Below are positions 58,081 to 64,000 of a stretch of DNA of 64,000 nt, piece by piece (the first letter of the stretch is position 1; each line of letters opens with the position of its first letter). The stretch covers positions 96,001 to 160,000 of the IMG/VR virus record IMGVR_UViG_3300049988_000286; one strand, written 5' to 3'. This DNA is from a virus (taxonomy: Duplodnaviria > Caudoviricetes). A model generated the notes under the pieces. It saw only the letters and a program-made list of their open reading frames with translations. It did not search any database and had not been told where the DNA came from. The position numbers and the translations under genes are program-made.

Positions 58081-58589
58081 ACGATCTTGAGTAATGGGTG
58101 TTCGATCAAGTCGGTGAAGGGTCGCGCACCCTCCTCGGTCATGGCAATCGCGTGAGCGGCCTCGAAGGCCTCGCTCGTCATCTCGATCGAGGCGAGGAAG
58201 CGCGACAGCGGCGTGATCCCGCGATCGGTGATACAAAACTCTTCGGCCTCGGTTCTCACGGATACTGGGCGGGAACCTTCGCGCGATAGCGGCTGGTAGA
58301 AGTCGAATGGGCGGATGAAGAATCGCTGACGCAGCTTCTGCTGATCGATGACGAACACTACACCGCCCTTGGCCCACGTGCGAGCGAAGCGGGGGTTGCG
58401 GGTCAGCGATACACCACTGATGAGATTAGGGCGACCGGGCGCGAAATCGAAGCCGAGCCGTCGATAATTGTGCATCGTATGGGGGCGGAGCGTATCGGAG
58501 GCCAGAATCTGAACAGCGGTGGCGAGGGGAGCGCCATGATAGAGGTGAGCATCCCGCACCCCCTCTTCGATAATCTCGCTCCAACGCAT
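58077..58589 (-). CDS. putative ADP-ribosyltransferase-fold tagged protein
   Basis: MRWSEIIEE; LYHG...GVSLTRNPRFA...VFVIDQ...EAEE; TAAATA 4 nt upstream. Confidence 0.6.
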   Translation of the reverse strand: MRWSEIIEEGVRDAHLYHGAPLATAVQILASDTLRPHTMHNYRRLGFDFAPGRPNLISGVSLTRNPRFARTWAKGGVVFVIDQQKLRQRFFIRPFDFYQPLSREGSRPVSVRTEAEEFCITDRGITPLSRFLASIEMTSEAFEAAHAIAMTEEGARPFTDLIEHPLLKIV

Positions 58590-58747
58590 CCACTATTTAG
58601 GAATACTCGGAACGCACTCGCTCCACTTCATCCGCGATCCGGATCAAGGCGGATCGCCATCTCGCGTCCTCCACCTCGAACGCCACCAGACGGAGACGCG
58701 TCGGATCGAAGGTCTCCGTCCAGTAATCGTGCAAGTGGGAGGGGGCG

Positions 58748-58948
58748 TTAGTCGGCGGCGTATTCGACACGGAGCCGGGCATTGAAACCGCTGCGCTGGA
58801 CGATCTCCGCGTCGCGGATGTGGTCGCAAATCAGAACGGGCTGGACACCACCACCGAGCATCGGCTCGAAAACGAGGTCGAGCGGTCCGAAGCCGTTTGC
58901 GTCAACGGCGTTCTTGGCCGCGTCGGCGCTCTGGTACTGATTAAACAT
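58748..58948 (-). CDS. small hypothetical protein
   Basis: RBS GAGGAGA before ATG 58948. Confidence 0.55.
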   Translation of the reverse strand: MFNQYQSADAAKNAVDANGFGPLDLVFEPMLGGGVQPVLICDHIRDAEIVQRSGFNARLRVEYAAD

Positions 58949-59004
58949 ATGTGTCTCCTCGGCACCAGCTACGCGGCGTCCACCCATGTGGTCAACGGGA
59001 ACAA

Positions 59005-59529
59005 TCAAAGAACATTGGTCAAAAATCGCTCGATCGTCCTTTCTAGCGAACTGACATGGATAAAGCCGTATCGTGGCGGATTGGGCCAAGTCAGCGCACG
59101 GATGTTCAGGTCTGGATAGAGCGACACTACCGTGCCACCGCGTTGAAAGTTGAGCATCGCGTCGGTGGGGGCAACCTGCCAATCGGAGAGGTGATCGGCC
59201 AGCCGGGCAGCGACTCGTTCCCAGCCCATTAGACTATCCCCCTGATGATCGCTTTCCGCCGCGCAGTATCGATCTCCGGAAGCGCATCGCCATAGCGATT
59301 GCTGTTCTTCGTCCATCGCGAATATGGCTTCATCCGTCAAATGCCCGTCGCCCCCGATAACGTAGGGGATACCGATCTGGTCAAGGATTTCGCACGCCCG
59401 AGTGGATGCGAAAAACGCCTCTGCTTTGTCTTTGCGGGTTCCGGGAAGGTAGCCCCGCGATGCATGTTCAACTCCGACGACATCTAGGAGGACGTTGATC
59501 CGATAGGTGCGGAACGTCAGCCCCACCAT
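59005..59529 (-). CDS. hypothetical protein
   Basis: ORF in a minus-strand operon. Confidence 0.5.
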   Translation of the reverse strand: MVGLTFRTYRINVLLDVVGVEHASRGYLPGTRKDKAEAFFASTRACEILDQIGIPYVIGGDGHLTDEAIFAMDEEQQSLWRCASGDRYCAAESDHQGDSLMGWERVAARLADHLSDWQVAPTDAMLNFQRGGTVVSLYPDLNIRALTWPNPPRYGFIHVSSLERTIERFLTNVL

Positions 59530-60125
59530 TGTGCCCTCATCGGCCGAAGCTTACCCACGCCGGGTAGTGCGAGGATGTTGTACTCGGTGAGCCACCAGCG
59601 CAAGATGTCGGGAACGCCGTGTTGGAGACCATCTAATTTGACTTTGCTCATGACACGCACACCGTTCCCGTCCATGTACTCGTCCCAGAACGGGTTCAGG
59701 TTACCCCGTGGAAGGTAATCGATCTGTGACTGGAGTGTTTCTTCCTCATAATTCATAGCAAGATACCAATCGATGTCATCATCGAACCGGTACCACTTCT
59801 TTGCCAAATCACTGTTGGGGATGAACAACACATGGTCGCGGTCATCACCACTTCCGATAATGTGGATCAGGCTGGTAAGTCTAACACCGTCCGCGAGCAC
59901 CTTGCTGCTTGTGCCAAGTTCGTACTCGCGCAAGGGTCCGCCGTAGTAGATCGGCCCCTTATCGGGAAGGTGATCATCGAGCGCATCATGGAGGCAATCA
60001 TCGTCGGGGGTCATGTCGATCAAACACGACTCCACGAACTCCCCGTAGGGCATCGCGTAGCCGATCGCTCGATGGATGCGCGAAGGCATCAAAGCCCCGA
60101 GTAGAGCCAGCGAGAAGTGATCCAA
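59517..60125 (-). CDS. hypothetical protein
   Basis: RWYRFDDDIDWY; ends LRPMRAQWWG. Confidence 0.6.
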   Translation of the reverse strand: MDHFSLALLGALMPSRIHRAIGYAMPYGEFVESCLIDMTPDDDCLHDALDDHLPDKGPIYYGGPLREYELGTSSKVLADGVRLTSLIHIIGSGDDRDHVLFIPNSDLAKKWYRFDDDIDWYLAMNYEEETLQSQIDYLPRGNLNPFWDEYMDGNGVRVMSKVKLDGLQHGVPDILRWWLTEYNILALPGVGKLRPMRAQWWG

Positions 60126-60430
60126 ATGAAGAGCACGACGAAGATGACGCCGTATATGCGCGTATAGATCGCCACATCATGCCGCCACTCCAGCGATTCG
60201 CCATGGACGATTTTCTGCACGGCACAATCCTGCACGTATGACCAGATCGAGAACAGCGCCGAGGCGAGCGTCAGAATGGCGAATGGCCAGATGCTCTTCG
60301 ACCAATGGGTGAGCCACACGCCGATCGCCGAGACGGGCGGGACGAACGTGATGACGTGCTCCCACCAGACAGCGCGGCTGTCGTGCTTGAGGGCGTGGTT
60401 GCGATACCAGTAGGTGAAATCGTGGATCAT
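60089..60430 (-). CDS. membrane protein (3 TM)
   Basis: Hydrophobic helices. Confidence 0.6.
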   Translation of the reverse strand: MIHDFTYWYRNHALKHDSRAVWWEHVITFVPPVSAIGVWLTHWSKSIWPFAILTLASALFSIWSYVQDCAVQKIVHGESLEWRHDVAIYTRIYGVIFVVLFIWITSRWLYSGL

Positions 60431-60768
60431 GATATCGAATTCGCTGCTTCGTTGGAGACGGCAATAGAGAAGGCATCCGAGTAGGCGTGACGGACACGCT
60501 TCTCATCGGCGGGATCGTAGAAGGTCGCGCTCAAATCATCCCAGCCCGCCCTACCGCACAGTCGGCGAAGTCGGAACAACTGTCGCGCAACCTTGATCGA
60601 CCCCGCTTCGAACGGTTTGATCGCCCGCAGGAAATAGGGCGTTTGGAGAGTCAGGGTATGGCGATCCCACCCCAGATTCGGCATGTTGGCGAAGATGAAG
60701 TCGAGGGCTTCGCGGCCGATCTCGACTTCATCCCCGCTACGCTTCAGGCTAAACTTGGCTACCTTCAT
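60427..60768 (-). CDS. hypothetical protein
   Basis: ATG 60768 after GAGGGA, overlapping the LysRS 3' end. Confidence 0.55.
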   Translation of the reverse strand: MKVAKFSLKRSGDEVEIGREALDFIFANMPNLGWDRHTLTLQTPYFLRAIKPFEAGSIKVARQLFRLRRLCGRAGWDDLSATFYDPADEKRVRHAYSDAFSIAVSNEAANSIS

Positions 60769-62476
60769 TGGCGATCCCTCGCAATAGATCAACTGTTTCT
60801 CTGATACCATACATGGCGGTGAAGGCACCGAAGCGCGGCCCCGACTCCTGACCCAAGACAGTCTCGTAGAGGGTCCGGAACCAATCACGCAAGCGTTCCT
60901 TGCCGAAATGTGCCTTCCCGACTTCGTAGACCTCGAACTGGATCATCTCCTCACCGGATCGTACACCCACCGCCCACTCGGGCAAGGGTTCAGCCAACAA
61001 CTGGAGGAACCGCGTGCCATCGGGATTAGCGCGATGCGCATAGGTGACATCCCCGAGAGACATACCATCAAGACGATCGGCGAGATCAAGCATCGCCACA
61101 CCTTCCTCCGGCGTGGGCAAGCGACGCGCCAGCTTCCCGGCGAGGAAATCCTCGTAATAGTTGAACGCGTGATCGATCAACCAACCGAGTTCCTCCTCCA
61201 AGGCATCGCTCATCACCGGAGTAACCCGCGACGCATAGGAGTGGAGACGCGCCTTACTGTCCACCGCCGCCGTCTGGGCGATGTTGAGCAGAAGCTGATA
61301 CGAGACCGGGAGACTTCCTTCGGGAACACCGGCGTGGACGTGGTGGACCGCATTGCCGAGACGCTGCTCCGAGGTCTGTTCCGCGTAGCGGCGACGCGCG
61401 TCGCGATAGTCCTCCTCCGCCTGAACGACGACGGCGGGATAGAGCTTCTTCGCCCGCTGCGGCTCACGGTAGAGGTAGGCGGCAAGGCTATCCTGCGAGC
61501 CGTAGCGGAGCCACTGCTCCATGGTGAGCCCATTGCCCTTCGACTTGCTGATCTTGCCGCCGTGCTCGTCGAGGAACATCTCGTAGATCATCGTCACCGG
61601 CGGGCGTCCCCCGATCGCACGGACGATCTTCGACGATAGCGTGACGCTATCGGTCAAGTCCTTGCCCGCCATCTCGTAATCGACGCCAAGGGCGAGCCAC
61701 CGCATCGCCCAGTCAGCCTTCCACTGACACTTCACGTTGCCGTTGCGAATGTCCCACATAACATCGCCAAGGCGATCGATGCCCCATTCAACGATCCGGA
61801 ACCGCCCGTCGTCCCGCACTGTCTTATACCAAGGCCCGCGACCGTAACTGACATCGATCACGCCAACATAGTTGGGGTTTGAGGTCACGCCCTCATTGAC
61901 GACATGGCCATCCTCCATGATGGGCATGAACGGCGAATAGGTGGCGCGACGCTCCTCCCCCAGCGTGGGAGCGATGATGCCGCGAACCTTGTCGTACTGG
62001 GCGTCGATGGCAAGCAGGGCGTCGTTGAAGCGGCCGGAGTTGTAGGTCTCCGTCGCAGACATGAACTCGTAGTCGAACCCGAAGCGATCGAGAAAGTCGC
62101 ACAGCATCGCGTTGTTGGCGTGAGCGAAACTCTGGTGGCGACCGCTGGGATCAGGGACGCGGGTGAGCGAGTATCCGAGCCACGGCGCGAGTGAGGCTTG
62201 TGCCTCCTCGGACAGATTTGTCGGGACACTCCGTAGAGCGTCCATGTCGTCGCTGAAGACGATCAGGCGCGTGCCGGCGTTGCGCGAGAAACCCATGAGG
62301 TCTTCGTAGGCACGGCGAACCATCGTGGTGCGCGCCACTTCGGCGAAGGTGCCGATGTGAGGCTGCCCCGATGGTCCATACCCGCACTCGAATACTACGT
62401 CGCGACCCGTGATGCCCCGCTGGGCGATCTTGCGGGCCTCAACGTACGGCCATGCCTTGCTCGACTGATAATCCAT
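60749..62476 (-). CDS. lysS: class I lysyl-tRNA synthetase
   Basis: AWPY.EA, CGYGPSGQPHIGT (HIGH-like), KCQWKADWAMRW, GKDL, KISKSKGN (KMSKS), GPRFG. Confidence 0.95.
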   Translation of the reverse strand: MDYQSSKAWPYVEARKIAQRGITGRDVVFECGYGPSGQPHIGTFAEVARTTMVRRAYEDLMGFSRNAGTRLIVFSDDMDALRSVPTNLSEEAQASLAPWLGYSLTRVPDPSGRHQSFAHANNAMLCDFLDRFGFDYEFMSATETYNSGRFNDALLAIDAQYDKVRGIIAPTLGEERRATYSPFMPIMEDGHVVNEGVTSNPNYVGVIDVSYGRGPWYKTVRDDGRFRIVEWGIDRLGDVMWDIRNGNVKCQWKADWAMRWLALGVDYEMAGKDLTDSVTLSSKIVRAIGGRPPVTMIYEMFLDEHGGKISKSKGNGLTMEQWLRYGSQDSLAAYLYREPQRAKKLYPAVVVQAEEDYRDARRRYAEQTSEQRLGNAVHHVHAGVPEGSLPVSYQLLLNIAQTAAVDSKARLHSYASRVTPVMSDALEEELGWLIDHAFNYYEDFLAGKLARRLPTPEEGVAMLDLADRLDGMSLGDVTYAHRANPDGTRFLQLLAEPLPEWAVGVRSGEEMIQFEVYEVGKAHFGKERLRDWFRTLYETVLGQESGPRFGAFTAMYGIRETVDLLRGIANEGSQV

Positions 62477-62544
62477 TAATGACTTCCCCAATCGACCTTG
62501 GCCTTCAAGTTCGGTATGCCACGACGCGGAGGGTATGGCAAGCG

Positions 62545-63303
62545 TTACGCGAGGTGGTCGGAGTAGACGGAAACGACGTCGGTATCCGGCGAGAAGATGG
62601 AAGATCGTGCGGTTTTGCTCACGATGCCATCACGAATTTCATGAACGACCGCTCCTTTGAATAAGCCGATAATGTCGGTCTCGGTCACCGTGATCATGTC
62701 ATACTTCTTCTTCTTGCCCTTATCCCACTTCAGGGCCTTCTCCATCAGGATTGCGTTCAGCTTCGCGATCCGCTTGGGACAGCGGATATCGTAGATGCGA
62801 ACAGGCCGACCATCCCAATGTGCGTTAAGCACATAGTGCTGCTTGGGCGGGTCTTCGAGCACGGCGTGCGCGTGGTGGCCAAACCCGACAGTCGTGAACA
62901 GTGGATTTTTCTTGGTCTTGGACTGGCGCGGCACGAACACCTTACCGTTAGCGGCGACTTCCTTGTGCTTGGCCTCGCGCTTCTTTTTCCGCGCACGTTC
63001 TGTCGTCCGAACCTTCTTCGATACGCTACCGTTCTTTTCTTCGACCATCTTCACGATCCCGCGCTCGACCACGATTGCGTCTTCGTTGTTGCGCCCGTCG
63101 CTCGTGTTCTCATAGGACGGGTCAACCAACGCCATAAATTCGGCCAATGTCCAAGCATTGTAATTCTCGTTGTCAAGGATGTCGTATCCGAGTTTCCCCA
63201 ACAAGATACCGCGAATAGCGAGAATGACATTCACCAATTCCTTATTCGTAAGGTTAGGGAGAATGTCTTCGAGGTATTCTCTGTAGTCGATAGGCGTAGT
63301 CAA
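62545..63303 (-). CDS. hypothetical protein, possible PD-(D/E)xK nuclease
   Basis: Lys-rich, lower GC; D-x12-ExK (EDAIVVERGIVKMVEEK); adjacent to an MTase. Confidence 0.4.
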   Translation of the reverse strand: MTTPIDYREYLEDILPNLTNKELVNVILAIRGILLGKLGYDILDNENYNAWTLAEFMALVDPSYENTSDGRNNEDAIVVERGIVKMVEEKNGSVSKKVRTTERARKKKREAKHKEVAANGKVFVPRQSKTKKNPLFTTVGFGHHAHAVLEDPPKQHYVLNAHWDGRPVRIYDIRCPKRIAKLNAILMEKALKWDKGKKKKYDMITVTETDIIGLFKGAVVHEIRDGIVSKTARSSIFSPDTDVVSVYSDHLA

Positions 63304-63347
63304 AGTAACATCCAGTCATACTTGAAGTTAATATGACCGGATGGTAA

Positions 63348-64000
63348 CTAAATCTGTATCAGACCATCAATATTCTCATCACCGCCTATGATACTTTGAG
63401 AACTGTTGATACGATTACTCGCGATGTCAAAGTATTCGGAGTGACGCTCAATTCCAATGAAGTCGCGACCTGCTTCCACCGCTGCCACACCGTGTGAGCC
63501 GGAGCCAAGGAAGGGATCGAGCACGACCTGTCCCGGCGTTGAGAACAAACGGATCAGGTGGGCGATGAGAGGTACGGGTTTGACCGTGGGGTGGAAATTA
63601 CCCTCGCCCTTATCTGTTTTGCTGGGCTTCTTCACTTCCATGATGTTGCCGGGGAACATCCCGTCAAGCGTCTGCGTGACATCAACAAGGCCGGTGCGGT
63701 GCTGAAGCCAATTATCGACGAAGGTGCCATCGCGGGGTTTCTGCGCGAGGGTCATGGGTTCCATCTGCGGTTTGAGTTGCGGCGTCTTGCGCCCACCGAG
63801 ATCGGCGATGATTCGCGCCTTCTCCTCGTCGCTAATCTTCATCTTCCGGACGAAGTGATCTTGGGAGAAAGCTTTCGCTTGCCCCTCATACTTCCACGCC
63901 AACATGTCTCGAAGCTCGAATCCAGCGTCCTCAACCGCGACACCGAGGCGGTGATAAAGACGCGCTTGGGTGAAGCTGATGTAGAATGCACCGGGCACGA
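63348..64000 (-). CDS. DNA methyltransferase (N6/N4), 5' end outside window
   Basis: HPTVKP, VLDPFLGSGS, FIGIE; frame is open to the window end. Confidence 0.9.
   Translation of the reverse strand, partial: VPGAFYISFTQARLYHRLGVAVEDAGFELRDMLAWKYEGQAKAFSQDHFVRKMKISDEEKARIIADLGGRKTPQLKPQMEPMTLAQKPRDGTFVDNWLQHRTGLVDVTQTLDGMFPGNIMEVKKPSKTDKGEGNFHPTVKPVPLIAHLIRLFSTPGQVVLDPFLGSGSHGVAAVEAGRDFIGIERHSEYFDIASNRINSSQSIIGGDENIDGLIQI

Noticed and set aside
1-64000. Genome-wide TAG reassignment suggested by two CUA tRNAs
   Set aside because: Known enzymes are full length under code 11 and TAG ends genes at the expected positions (15718, 37924, 58080, 60749); readthrough gives only short extensions where checked.
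1-64000. CRISPR array, transposase, integrase, rRNA
   Set aside because: No regularly spaced direct repeats or recognisable motifs found by eye.

Overview
64 kb segment of a large (jumbo-type) dsDNA bacteriophage genome, roughly 60% GC by eye, densely packed with small accessory genes; no core capsid, terminase or polymerase gene is recognisable. Host-like genes (Prs, class I LysRS, HfaB/CsgG, a MucR-like domain) point to an alphaproteobacterial host (inference). Recognisable genes: rIIA/rIIB-like pair, CCA-adding enzyme, HD hydrolase, vWA protein, three DNA methyltransferases, M15 peptidase, prs, ATP-grasp, LemA-like, coaD, double AAA+ ATPase, adk, MazG-like, PLP aminotransferase-like, HAD nucleotidase and LysRS1. 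Most striking observations: (1) a ~500-nt highly base-paired non-coding RNA candidate at ~7875-8376; (2) two tRNAs that both carry a CUA (amber) anticodon and both lack U33; (3) 15 genes starting 4-5 nt after a TAAATA (T4 late-promoter-like) box, most sharing an N-terminal M(R/K/L)xx(I/L)x(L/I)xE tag resembling a capsid-targeting sequence and encoding ADP-ribosyltransferase-, kinase- and GNAT-like enzymes; (4) a phage-borne hfaA/hfaB(csgG)/hfaD-like secreted repeat-protein operon; (5) an rIIB-ACP fusion lacking the phosphopantetheine serine; (6) a MucR/Ros N-terminal-only protein. All family calls come from motif recognition by eye; no database search was run.
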